Assembly (NCBI GenBank): GCA_964405015.1
Contig: CAYOME010000001.1
Coordinates: forward strand, 77,611 to 141,610
Direction of reading: 5' to 3'
DNA length: 64,000 nucleotides
Source: an uncultured Candidatus Saccharibacteria bacterium
GTDB lineage: Bacteria > Patescibacteriota > Dojkabacteria > SC72
Part shown: piece by piece, positions 20,064-30,125 of the stretch
Numbering within the stretch: the first letter of the stretch is position 1
Layout: each line of letters begins with the position of its first letter
Position numbers and translations under genes: made by a program
The notes under the pieces: generated by a model
What the model was told of the DNA's origin: nothing
The model's input: only the letters and a program-made list of their open reading frames with translations
Databases searched by the model: none

Positions 20064-21647
20064 CTATTTTTCTCTTTCAAATAGGTTATACGGAATACTT
20101 ACGAACTTGATATTGAATTGCTCCAAGTATTCATCATCCATAAAACAAGCAGGTGCATATACAATCTTTTTAGTCTCATTCCCTTCGGAAATTTCTTTAG
20201 CCCATTCAAAGGTTATAGCCATCTTCTTAAGTTCTTCCATATCAGGAGTGTAGAGTAGGTATACTTCTGTGTGGTCTACTTTTCCTGCTAGATATTTCTT
20301 TTCATCTATATCTTTGTCTTTTGGTGATTGTCCTGTTGCAAGGTAATACACATATTTCGCTAATTGTTTATATGTAGGCAATTGTCCTGATAGTATCGTT
20401 TCAGCATCTATTGGTTGTCCAACTCTTCTATATTCAAAACCAATATCTTTATTTGTTAATTTCTTCTCAATTACTTTTACAACTCTCTCTCTTGTAATAT
20501 CTCTTGCAATATTCTTCTTTGGCTCCTTTTCACTGTTTTCAGGCATTTGAATAAGGATAAATTTTCTATTACCTTCGTCTTCTTCATTTAACTCTAAAAC
20601 TGCTTGTGCTGTAGTTCCTGAACCTGCAAAAGCATCTAGAATAATGCCATCTTTATTTGGCGATAAACTAATTAAATGTTTAAGTAAAGTAACTGGTTTT
20701 GGGTTCTCAAACAGACTTTCCTCGCCAAGTAACTCTCGTAAATCACGGCTTGCTGAATCTGTTGTTCCATATAAATCGAGCAAATTGGGTTGAGCAGAAA
20801 GGCTGTCTTCTTCTTCGAAATCGTATATTTTTAATCGAACAATTCCATCGTCACCTTTTACAAAACGACCCTTCTCTTCAAGGGCTAAAGCTTTATCTTT
20901 GCCTATTTGCCATCTTTTCCCTCTGCGTGGCTTTTGTCCCAGTATCTCGAATTGCATAGAGTCCCTTTTATAGCTTCCAGTGTTTTTCTTCTCTATAACA
21001 CTTAATCTATAATTACCCTCTTCATCATCGTATGGATATTCCCTTGTTTCAGAACTTCTTACCCTTGGGTTCAACTTTGCTTTTGTAGTTTTGGAATAGC
21101 ATAAAATATACTCCGTAAGAGAGCTAACCTCTGCACCTGTTACATTGGATGTTGTTCCTTTCTTCTTCCATAGAAAGGTTGCCTTAAAATTTTCATCAGT
21201 AAAAATTTCATCCATAATGTCTCGAAGGCGGTGTATTTCGTTATCGTCGAGACTAATAAAAATCACCCCACTTTCAGAGAGCAACTCCCTCATAAGTTTT
21301 AATCTTGGAGTCATCATAGATAACCATTTATCGTGTCTTGTTAAATCATCAGAACCTACTTCTTTACCTATCCATTCCTTTACCAAAGGGCTGTTTACAT
21401 TGTCGTTGTAAACCCAGCCCTCATTTCCTGTGTTGTAAGGCGGGTCTATATAGATACAATCAACTTTCCCTGTGTATTGTGGTAACAAGCTCTTCAACGC
21501 GGGCAAATTATCACCTTCAATAATCAAGTTTCCATCTGCTTTATCCTGTTTATATGAGAGTTTTTCATCTAAATCTAAAGTATGGTATGGAACTGACATA
21601 TGATGATTCCATATTATGTTTTTACCCTTAAATTGTAGAGTTGCCAT
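20064..21647 (-). CDS. mod: Type III restriction-modification methyltransferase, Mod subunit (N6-adenine, beta class)
   Basis: Motif IV 'IYIDPPYNTG' and AdoMet motif 'FAGSGTTAQA'; the order is mod-res, as in Type III systems. Confidence 0.9.
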   Translation of the reverse strand: MATLQFKGKNIIWNHHMSVPYHTLDLDEKLSYKQDKADGNLIIEGDNLPALKSLLPQYTGKVDCIYIDPPYNTGNEGWVYNDNVNSPLVKEWIGKEVGSDDLTRHDKWLSMMTPRLKLMRELLSESGVIFISLDDNEIHRLRDIMDEIFTDENFKATFLWKKKGTTSNVTGAEVSSLTEYILCYSKTTKAKLNPRVRSSETREYPYDDEEGNYRLSVIEKKNTGSYKRDSMQFEILGQKPRRGKRWQIGKDKALALEEKGRFVKGDDGIVRLKIYDFEEEDSLSAQPNLLDLYGTTDSASRDLRELLGEESLFENPKPVTLLKHLISLSPNKDGIILDAFAGSGTTAQAVLELNEEDEGNRKFILIQMPENSEKEPKKNIARDITRERVVKVIEKKLTNKDIGFEYRRVGQPIDAETILSGQLPTYKQLAKYVYYLATGQSPKDKDIDEKKYLAGKVDHTEVYLLYTPDMEELKKMAITFEWAKEISEGNETKKIVYAPACFMDDEYLEQFNIKFVSIPYNLFEREK

Positions 21648-21843
21648 ATTTTTTACTTTTTTCCAAAAAATTATTTAGGTCTTGGACATCTATTCTGTAT
21701 TGTTTACCGACTTTATAAGCAGTTAGCTTACCTGCTTTTACCCATCTAAATACAGTCAAATAGGATATTTTTAATAATTCAGCGATTTCATCTATTGTGT
21801 AGAATTGTGTGGCAGTTTTTTCTTGGTTATTCATCTTTATCAT
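21628..21843 (-). CDS. Excisionase/AlpA-family helix-turn-helix protein, a putative recombination directionality factor or R-M controller
   Basis: 71 aa; 'YTIDEIAELLKISYLTVFRWVKAGKLTAYKVGKQYRI' matches the HTH_17 excisionase-family HTH. Overlaps the mod start by 20 nt. Confidence 0.7.
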   Translation of the reverse strand: MIKMNNQEKTATQFYTIDEIAELLKISYLTVFRWVKAGKLTAYKVGKQYRIDVQDLNNFLEKSKKYGNSTI

Positions 21844-21883
21844 TATTTAACATTTTATATAAATATTCAAGAGATATGGAAAA

Positions 21884-23029
21884 TTATTTATGAACTACTC
21901 CTGTTAATTCTCTAGGTATAGTAACAAATAGGTTAAATTTGGATAATTGCTCATCAATATCATTGATAATATATGCCCTGTTATCCTCAACCTTTAGATT
22001 CTTAAGGAGTTTTTTGTAATTGCTCCATTTGTAACTGTCCTTTCCATACCAACCCATTGTGCTTCTTAATGCTTGAATCCCTCTAGTAGATATAATCCCT
22101 TGCATAAAAGATGTATTTATTAACTGTCTCTCTGATAGTTGTGGGTTTAGATTTTTAATAGATATCATCTTCTCGTAAAAATCCTCAGGCTTCCAAGTGA
22201 TACTTACATATTTATTTTTTATCTCTTTATTCCAAAAACTCGATAACATTGCTTGTGATAGCTTCCTACTGAATAGCTCTTTGAAGGTAAGTGGTGTTTC
22301 AGAATACTCAGGAGCGTAGCTCTGAATCTTTCTTTTTATTGCTTTCTGCCCAGTCATTCTAAACTCAAAACGCAGATAGTTATTATTAGGTAACTCATCA
22401 AGGAGATTAAGTTGTGTATATACTTGTTTATCTATACTCCTATCTTCGCTTATTTTACCTTGCTCTAATTCCCTTACTTTGTCATAAATAGCAAATTCAC
22501 TATCCTTATTATGTATATGTATTATTTGACCACCATTTTTGAATTGGTTCTCTGAGAAATCCTGCTTTAGATTGGTATCCAAAGCTTTCTTAAGCTGATT
22601 TAATACCATAGGACAGTTCAAGCCATCAGATAGCAGTATATTCTTAGAGAAGTGTATACCAACAACCTTAGAATCGATTAGACGCCCTCTAGAGATATGA
22701 AATTGATGCATCTTAAGTTTTAATTCAAGTTCATCAATGATTGATTCAAAATCATATTCACACACCTCTTGAAAATTGTTCTTGTAGAGTAGTTTAGGTA
22801 TTGAGAATTGAATATTTAAGCTAATATCTAATTCATTACGATACCTTCTGTAGAGAGTGTAAATAGGCACATATATACCTAGTTTTCTTTCTATCTCACT
22901 CGGATTTCGAGTATAAAATCTATAACCTCTGTCTGTTGTAAAAACATTCATAGCAGAGGGATTAAATTGTTCTAAATTGCCTATATCCATCTTTGTTGCT
23001 GGTATGGATAGAGTTATTGTGTCTATCAT
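21884..23029 (-). CDS. Hypothetical protein of the island core, weakly Rep_trans-like (a possible replication initiator)
   Basis: 381 aa. The N-terminus 'IDTITLSIP' and the internal 'RFEFRMTGQKA' recall rolling-circle Rep_trans proteins, but the resemblance is weak. Confidence 0.35.
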   Translation of the reverse strand: MIDTITLSIPATKMDIGNLEQFNPSAMNVFTTDRGYRFYTRNPSEIERKLGIYVPIYTLYRRYRNELDISLNIQFSIPKLLYKNNFQEVCEYDFESIIDELELKLKMHQFHISRGRLIDSKVVGIHFSKNILLSDGLNCPMVLNQLKKALDTNLKQDFSENQFKNGGQIIHIHNKDSEFAIYDKVRELEQGKISEDRSIDKQVYTQLNLLDELPNNNYLRFEFRMTGQKAIKRKIQSYAPEYSETPLTFKELFSRKLSQAMLSSFWNKEIKNKYVSITWKPEDFYEKMISIKNLNPQLSERQLINTSFMQGIISTRGIQALRSTMGWYGKDSYKWSNYKKLLKNLKVEDNRAYIINDIDEQLSKFNLFVTIPRELTGVVHK

Positions 23030-23291
23030 TCTTTTTCAATACTTCTTTTAATCTTTTATTTACTGCTTTCTCTATCGCTTGCCCTGATTCTTTGTTGATA
23101 GGGTAGTAGATATTGAAATTCTTCTCTCCAACCTTCCTTGTTGGATATACAAGTCGATATGATTCTTCTTCTAATCGCTTTATAACACCAATATTCCCAA
23201 GATAGATTGCATCTCCAATTACCAAACTTGCAAACGCTACTAATCCCTCTTTTGGCTTTACCAAATCAATACTTATTTCACTTATTTTCAT
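22962..23291 (-). CDS. SpoVG-like nucleic-acid-binding protein
   Basis: 'LVAFASLVIGDAIYLGNIGVIKRLEEESYRLVYPTRKVGEKNFNIYYPINKESGQAIEKAV' aligns with the conserved SpoVG core (KAxASITLDxxFVVxDIRVIxGxxGLFVAMPS...DIAHPINxxxRxxIQDAV). ~100 aa. Confidence 0.6.
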   Translation of the reverse strand: MKISEISIDLVKPKEGLVAFASLVIGDAIYLGNIGVIKRLEEESYRLVYPTRKVGEKNFNIYYPINKESGQAIEKAVNKRLKEVLKKNDRHNNSIHTSNKDGYRQFRTI

Positions 23292-23546
23292 TTACCTATA
23301 GCTTTAATTTAATATTCTCCTGTTCTATTTCATCTAAAAGAACAACAAAGTTAATTAGCTTCTCTATTTCGAAAGATTGTTCTGGAGATGTTTTAATAGT
23401 TGACTTATTTTCTATCAGTTTCTTCCATTTCTTATACTTTTGTTCTTTTTTGATATTTTCCATCATCAAGTAGATTCTATGATGACAGCTATAACCCTGT
23501 CGTAAAACAGGGATAAAATGGGATTTAATGGGATAGTTTGGAACTG

Positions 23547-24194
23547 TTACAATGTTACAGGGTTTTTGAATTTGATAGTGCTCTTTTCTGGATTAATGCT
23601 ATCTTCGTGGATATCAAAAAAAGTATCCTTCAGACCAGCTCTGAAACCCCATCTATCTGTAATCTTTTGGAATTTATCACTAATCACAATTCCTAATTGT
23701 TTTTCAAGTTCTTCCTTTTTATATATTGTATTTGGGTTATCATATAACCATTTGAATATACTTTCATTATCACGACCGAATTGCGGCTTAGAGAGTAATA
23801 TCTTTCCGTTTAATCTAATATTCCTATCTGATTTATACTCAACAAAAAAGTGATTGTTTTCAATTGTATTCTGGATAGAGTCGACCACATTAAGTTCCGA
23901 AGTAGCTTGAGCTATCAATTTTAAAAAATAATCTTTGTCTTTTACCTTTATATTATACCGAGCAGGAATAGGGGGTGGGAAATAACCTTCAAAGGGATTA
24001 AAAATTTCAAGTATTTCTAATTTACCATCCCTTTCAAATTGGTATAGGATAGAAAGTGCCTCATCATATTTAATATCTTTGATATGTTCACATCCAAAAT
24101 CTAATGTAGGATTTTCATCGGAAAGAACGAGCTTTGTAGCATCTATAATTGCAATAGCAAACTGTATTTTCTTTTCCTCGTAATTCATCTTCAA
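23547..24194 (-). CDS. Hypothetical protein (island cargo)
   Basis: 215-aa ORF; no recognisable motif. Confidence 0.4.
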   Translation of the reverse strand: MKMNYEEKKIQFAIAIIDATKLVLSDENPTLDFGCEHIKDIKYDEALSILYQFERDGKLEILEIFNPFEGYFPPPIPARYNIKVKDKDYFLKLIAQATSELNVVDSIQNTIENNHFFVEYKSDRNIRLNGKILLSKPQFGRDNESIFKWLYDNPNTIYKKEELEKQLGIVISDKFQKITDRWGFRAGLKDTFFDIHEDSINPEKSTIKFKNPVTL

Positions 24195-24479
24195 TACATC
24201 GTTATTTAATAGTTGTTTTAATAGTATTATAGCACTGCTTAAAGAAATCTTCTTAAGACAACTTTTATTCTCGGATATCTATATATGTAAACAACACCCC
24301 CTCCCTGGATACCCTATATCTACAAATAACAAAAATTTTCAATAAAAAGATAAGGAAGAAAGTCCTGTCTAATAAGAAAATTGACTCACGAGATGGTTTT
24401 CACAAGACCAAAATTGAATTCATAAAATTAACCCAATAAAAACAGTTGGGAAATGATTAAAAATAGGTGAGATAACTCT

Positions 24480-24800
24480 CTACTCTTTAAATCCAGTGGA
24501 ATCACGACAAAGAGTTCTTAACGTCTCTATGTCCTCTGTTCTCATATTAGGAAGACCTAGACCTTCTGAAACACATTCCATATATTTTTTTCTTTTTGCC
24601 TCGTTTTGAGATTCTAACTCTACCATTTGGTCCAGAATTAACTGTTCCTGTTGGTTTTGTAATTCCAATTCTCTTATCTGCCTATCAGAAATATCTTTGC
24701 TATTTTTTTGCCATACAAACCCAATAATAACTGCTACCAAAACTAGGGACACTCCAATAATCAAAGAGACTGTAACTGTAGTGTTATTCTTCTTTGCCAT
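24480..24800 (-). CDS. Small membrane-anchored coiled-coil protein
   Basis: An N-terminal TM helix followed by a Q/E-rich coiled coil. Confidence 0.4.
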   Translation of the reverse strand: MAKKNNTTVTVSLIIGVSLVLVAVIIGFVWQKNSKDISDRQIRELELQNQQEQLILDQMVELESQNEAKRKKYMECVSEGLGLPNMRTEDIETLRTLCRDSTGFKE

Positions 24801-24878
24801 AAGAGCAATGCTAAATTTATAACCAATTATAACAAAAATGGCTTAACGGTTACAGTTTGTTTACAGTATAATCAACAT

Positions 24879-25844
24879 ATGAGTGAAGAAGTATTGAAAA
24901 AGAAACAAATTATAGAGAAACAACACTATATTCCGCAATTTTACCTAAAACAGTTTGAAGATAAGAATCATCTGATTCAGAGGCTAGATATTAAAGCAAA
25001 CGTAATAATTAAGCCCAAGGGTAAGAAGGGTATTTGCTTTGACAAATTTTTCTATGCTTTAGAAACAGGTGTAGAAGATGAAGTCAGTCAATTGGTAGAA
25101 GAATGGTTAGGTAACCTAGAGAAACACTTATCAAAAAAACTCCCTGAGATAATAGACTCTCTATCCTGTAATGATGCTGTCCCTGATGAAGACAAATATG
25201 ATGTTGCAATGTTAATGGCAATGTTATATTTAAGAGGTCCTGTCTTCCGTAGGAAGCTAAACGAAATGAGATTATCAGGTATAAAACAACTTCTTCAAAT
25301 GTTTTCAAAAATTCCGAAAGATACAGTTGAAGATTATTTTAAGAATCGATATGAAGTTAGCCTAACAAAGGCAGAATTAAACAAACTCCTAAATGGTGAG
25401 GTTGACGACCTAAAGTTTAACAACCTTCTTCATTTGGAAATGATGAACGAGTTACGAGGTTTTTCAAATATGCTTTTTGGGCAAGAATGGCTGGTTTATA
25501 GAAATAAGTCTAGTTATCCATTTGTTACTTCTGATAATCCTTTGAGCCCTGAGAGGTTAGAAAGAAAAAACTTCTATACTGGTGCTTTTATGGATTACAC
25601 TTATCATTTCGCATTATCACCGAAGATACATATTGTTAGTAAAATGCCTAGATTTGTTGAAGGAAAAAAACTTCATAGAAAAACTTTAACAGAAACAGAT
25701 AATGATTTAGTTTTGAGATTGAATCTCTATGTAGCAGATACTTGTAGACAGTTTGTATATGCGTCGAAACGAAGTGCTTTAGAAGATATTTCTGATATTA
25801 TCAGAAGATACAAAGAAATTATTAGACTCAAACAGGAAGAATAA
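24879..25844 (+). CDS. DUF4238-family protein
   Basis: The N-terminal 'QHYIPQFYLKQF' hallmark of DUF4238; ~320 aa. A TATAAT hexamer lies 10 nt upstream of the ATG. Confidence 0.55.
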   Translation: MSEEVLKKKQIIEKQHYIPQFYLKQFEDKNHLIQRLDIKANVIIKPKGKKGICFDKFFYALETGVEDEVSQLVEEWLGNLEKHLSKKLPEIIDSLSCNDAVPDEDKYDVAMLMAMLYLRGPVFRRKLNEMRLSGIKQLLQMFSKIPKDTVEDYFKNRYEVSLTKAELNKLLNGEVDDLKFNNLLHLEMMNELRGFSNMLFGQEWLVYRNKSSYPFVTSDNPLSPERLERKNFYTGAFMDYTYHFALSPKIHIVSKMPRFVEGKKLHRKTLTETDNDLVLRLNLYVADTCRQFVYASKRSALEDISDIIRRYKEIIRLKQEE

Positions 25845-25918
25845 TCAAGCAATATTAAAACCAAAATTCAAAATTGAAACAACTCTATCAATTAGAATAA
25901 CTTGTTCAGAGTCAAGGT

Positions 25919-27571
25919 TCATAATAACGTCATATAACCGACCCCAGATAATATTTTCATAGATTCTAATGCGTTAAAAGGTTCACGAAGCTCATAGTGA
26001 AGCACCTTTTTATCACCTACAGAAATGTTCACAAACACTAATTTGACCAACTGATCAATTAGATAGGCATTTTCAGTATTTTCTATTGTAGCAACTATGT
26101 TTTTAAAGAAGTTCACAAATAAATCATAATCAGGGAATTCAACATTTGCATGATATTCAGCTTCCTTATTCTGAACTTCTAGACCCTCTCTTTCTACCTC
26201 TAGATCTCTTATTTGGTGAATAATAATCTTCATTTCTTTTGAAAGCTGATTATTAACCACTTCATCTGTGGTTTTCAATATTTTCTCACTATATAGATTC
26301 CTCTTCTTCTCAAGACTAGTAATTCTTATATTCAATTTCCTAATTTCCTCATTTCTTTCTTTTGTTAAAGAATTTACCTCTTCAAAGTAAATCATCTTAG
26401 TTTTATCATAACTAGGCCTTGTAACATTCAAATTCTTACTTATAAAATCAGTTACAAAATCTAGAATTATCTTACCTCTAATTGTATTAGCAATCGGTTT
26501 AATCTTTTTTGTCCTTCTAGTTTCTTTACACTTATTATTCCCACAAGTAACATTCAAATATCTATCAGACTTTCCTGCACTGACACCTGGAATCATAATA
26601 GAACCACAATCACTGCACATTACAAAATCCTTAAAAGGTCTGAAGTTATTATTCATTTTCCAACCTCTTGGATATATTGTTCCTCTCTTTTGAATTGCGA
26701 TGAAATCAGAAGCCGAAACCATAGGTTTAAAATCAGGATCAACAGATAATAAATCAATAACTTGATCACCATAACAATAAAAGCCCGCAGAAAATGGATC
26801 CTTAAAGAAGCCAGAAAGCTTACCCGTATTTAACTCTAATCCTTCATTTTCTAATTCAGCAACAATCTCTTTCTGGGATTTTCCTTCTTTATATTGTTCC
26901 CAAGCATAAGTATAACTATCGTAAGTGTTTTTATCGGGTCTAAAGAAATCAGCTTTATTGGGAAGATATCCTTTTTTACTGGATCCCATGTATTTACCCT
27001 CACTAACTTTCTTCTTATTTCCTCTTTTTGTATCTTCAGAAAGTTTATCCGAGAATTCCTTAGCCATTGCAAAAAGGATACTTAATGTCATTTTACCCGC
27101 CGCATCATTATTGAAAGTGTAAGAGGGGAATTTGAGGTCAATAATATGGTCGTTGTCCAACATGTCCATAATCTCACCTGACTCTTTCATGTTCCTTGCT
27201 AATCGGTCTGGATGCCATGCAAGAATGGAATTATATGAATTCCCTGAGTTCAAGGTATCAAGCATTCTTTGAAATTCAAGTCGCTTACCAGCTGTCATAG
27301 CACTTTTTTCTTCTCTAATAATCTCAACAACTTCTAGATTATTATCCTTAGCAAATTTCTTACAAATATCTATCTGATCATCAATAGATTGAACTTGTCT
27401 CTTTTCATCTTCGGTAGATTTACGAGCATAAATAACATAGAGAGCTTTCTTATCTATTAAATCTCTTTCATCTTTAGTCTTTTTCTTTTTAGAGTTGTAA
27501 ACTTGAGCGTAAGAGCGCAGTAATTCTCTAGATTGAACTTCTGTAAGTTTGTCCGCAGATTCCTTCATCAA
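25919..27571 (-). CDS. Large serine recombinase 2
   Basis: Resolvase domain 'ALYVIYARKSTEDE' with the catalytic Ser, a recombinase domain, a zinc ribbon 'CSDCGS...CGNNKC' and a C-terminal coiled coil. Same orientation as recombinase 1. Confidence 0.85.
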   Translation of the reverse strand: MMKESADKLTEVQSRELLRSYAQVYNSKKKKTKDERDLIDKKALYVIYARKSTEDEKRQVQSIDDQIDICKKFAKDNNLEVVEIIREEKSAMTAGKRLEFQRMLDTLNSGNSYNSILAWHPDRLARNMKESGEIMDMLDNDHIIDLKFPSYTFNNDAAGKMTLSILFAMAKEFSDKLSEDTKRGNKKKVSEGKYMGSSKKGYLPNKADFFRPDKNTYDSYTYAWEQYKEGKSQKEIVAELENEGLELNTGKLSGFFKDPFSAGFYCYGDQVIDLLSVDPDFKPMVSASDFIAIQKRGTIYPRGWKMNNNFRPFKDFVMCSDCGSIMIPGVSAGKSDRYLNVTCGNNKCKETRRTKKIKPIANTIRGKIILDFVTDFISKNLNVTRPSYDKTKMIYFEEVNSLTKERNEEIRKLNIRITSLEKKRNLYSEKILKTTDEVVNNQLSKEMKIIIHQIRDLEVEREGLEVQNKEAEYHANVEFPDYDLFVNFFKNIVATIENTENAYLIDQLVKLVFVNISVGDKKVLHYELREPFNALESMKILSGVGYMTLL

Positions 27572-27878
27572 CTACATTATATAGTATCCTTCGGTATCTT
27601 TTACATAATATTTTTACGTTTAGCTTTTTTAACCTTCTTTCCAGAAGATTTCGCAATTTCAGCATTAACAGACTCTATGAGAATGGGAATGTTTTTAATC
27701 GGATTTTCAATTGTAATTGGTTTTATTCTTGTCAAAAAAGTAGAAAGTTACAAGTAACTTTCCATCCTTTTTTGTGTTTTTCTCAATCATCTCACTACCA
27801 TTCCCAGTGGTAGTTATTACATTATGAAAGAATCCTATCCATTTTGCAACTCATAATATTCAGATCTATAATTAAAAC

Positions 27879-29585
27879 ATGAAGGATGATATGGAATCTC
27901 TCCAGCCTTTTTGGGCTTCAGCGGATGAACTTTATGGAGAAATAAAAAGAGAAAAGGAAACCCTTATTGATTTAATAAAGGATTTAGATAAAAGAGAATT
28001 GATAAGAATATTCTCTGAACTTGTCGATGAGATAAATAAAAACAAGATGGCATTAAATGCCCAATATATACTTCCTTATCTAAACAGAAAAGAGAGAAAA
28101 AGACTTGAAAAGATTATCGACCTTGAAAAAGACTTCTTAATACACAAACAGCAATTATTTACTGCAATGAAGATTGTCTTCAAATATGCAAATGGTGATG
28201 AAAAAGTAACCGAGGAAAACAAATCAAAAATAGGGAAGTTTTTATTAAGTATCAACTATCTTTCAGATGAAGACGCTCGAGTAAAGAATGAGGAAAGACC
28301 TGATGACCTATTAAACAATTTAACAGGTGATCTCCTACCAGTCTTCTTCATTTCTGCAATTCTTGATCCTTCCAATAGATTCACAACACATTCTTTAGCT
28401 AGACAGTATTATAATTTTGTTCGATACTGGGAAGATCACTCTGGAGATAAAGATCTTGCAGTTCTTGAAGAAGATTTTGAAAAACTCACAGGTTTAAAGC
28501 TAAAAGATTACTTTACACTTTGCTTTGCTCTCGCATATCAAATAGTAAATGAGAAAGAATTCAAACCTCTAGATCTATTAAAATACTTTTCAAATACAAC
28601 GTTAGAAAAAGAAGTGAAATATTTAGAAGGGAGATTTTCTTCGAGCATTGAAGATTATAAGAAATCACCATTCTGGAATCCGAAAGAAGAAACACTACAA
28701 TCTCTAATGAAAGCAGATTATCTACCTATTATACAAAAACCATTGTGTTTAATAGACGACAAGAACAGTATAATCTTAGACAAATCTCTCTTAGCAAAGA
28801 AAATTCTTGAAGATCCATACTGGATACTAGAAAATCATTATTTAGCTCAAAAAGATGAAAAGAAAAGAAGGCAGCTATCAAGTGCTTTTGGGAATATGTG
28901 GCAAGATTATGTTTTAAAACAAATTCAGACAAATTTAACAACCAATGTCACAGAACTAGATGAAGAAGAATCAACAGGACAAATTGCAGACTTTTTAATA
29001 GAAACAGATAGTGCAATCATTGTAATTGAAACGAAGCATTTTATATACAGTTTGGATACTCAATCTGGAAAGCTTGAGAGTTTCAAGAAGGATACAGAGA
29101 AAGTTTTTGGAGATAAGCATGGCCTAATCCAAATAGATAGCACAATAGAGAATCTCAAACTAGAAGAAAAAGGGAAAAAGATATACAGAGTTATAATGAC
29201 CGATGAACTTGTTCCTGAAAATTTTATTTACTTCAAATACTATGAAGATCAATTTCCAAGCTATACCCCGAAGAATGAAAATATCAGCTATCCCATTGTT
29301 ATCACAAAAGATGAATTTGAAAGAATTATCACAGTTGGAGAAAAAGAATTTTGTGAATTACTAGAAATCCGAGATCAGGAATTGAAAGATCACGATGGTA
29401 AGGGTTTAACAAAAAATAAAGATGTCCAGAACACAATGCTAACATTGCAAGAGCATCCTGATCTAAAAAATAAAGAAAAGAATAATGTTTATTCAAAAGA
29501 GTTATTTGATGAACTCGCAGATTACGTTCGAAAATACTTATTTCCTAAGAAATACGAAGAAGAAAAAAAGGATAAGCAAAAATAA
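27879..29585 (+). CDS. Hypothetical protein with a C-terminal PD-(D/E)xK-like motif (putative nuclease)
   Basis: 568 aa. 'IADFLIETDSAIIVIETKH' gives a D...E-x-K arrangement on beta-strand-like hydrophobic segments; the N-terminal 350 aa are helical and unknown. Confidence 0.4.
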   Translation: MKDDMESLQPFWASADELYGEIKREKETLIDLIKDLDKRELIRIFSELVDEINKNKMALNAQYILPYLNRKERKRLEKIIDLEKDFLIHKQQLFTAMKIVFKYANGDEKVTEENKSKIGKFLLSINYLSDEDARVKNEERPDDLLNNLTGDLLPVFFISAILDPSNRFTTHSLARQYYNFVRYWEDHSGDKDLAVLEEDFEKLTGLKLKDYFTLCFALAYQIVNEKEFKPLDLLKYFSNTTLEKEVKYLEGRFSSSIEDYKKSPFWNPKEETLQSLMKADYLPIIQKPLCLIDDKNSIILDKSLLAKKILEDPYWILENHYLAQKDEKKRRQLSSAFGNMWQDYVLKQIQTNLTTNVTELDEEESTGQIADFLIETDSAIIVIETKHFIYSLDTQSGKLESFKKDTEKVFGDKHGLIQIDSTIENLKLEEKGKKIYRVIMTDELVPENFIYFKYYEDQFPSYTPKNENISYPIVITKDEFERIITVGEKEFCELLEIRDQELKDHDGKGLTKNKDVQNTMLTLQEHPDLKNKEKNNVYSKELFDELADYVRKYLFPKKYEEEKKDKQK

Positions 29586-30125
29586 TACCAAGATTTTTAC
29601 CAAGTTTTCCATAGTTTTTTAGTAACAAGGGAAGTTTTGAAACGCTTATGTAAATGCTACTAGTAGTTAACCAATAAGTATCACCAGGGAAAAGAAAGTA
29701 GAGTGTCTTAAGAAATACTCTTAAACCATCCATCTATTTTCTATCCTTTGTGAGGATCACTCCCTCAACATCTATGTATATCTTCATGTTACTACTATTT
29801 AATATTAATAACCCTCAACTTTCAAACCATTTTCCACTAAACACTTCCTATATTGATCAGGAGAATGAAGAATATTTAAAAGAAAATTATAAAGTAAAGG
29901 ATTAGTCTGGAAGGATATCCCCCCTAAAACTAAGTCTATCTTCCAATATATTCCAACATGGTCATCCATACCCCGATGTAACTAATCATCTACTTTGTAT
30001 CAATTTCCGACACACTAAATATTGAAATTTTGTTTTCATACCATGTATTACCATGTTTTGTTGAAAAAAGATGTAGTAGGGTAGCAATAATGGATTTTTA
30101 TTAAAGACATTAAAATTGCAACGTT

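Noticed and set aside
27785-27815. 7-bp hairpin (ACTACCA/TGGTAGT) in the divergent promoter region between recombinase 2 and the 568-aa gene
   Set aside because: It is too short and isolated to call a regulatory site. It is noted only as a possible operator.
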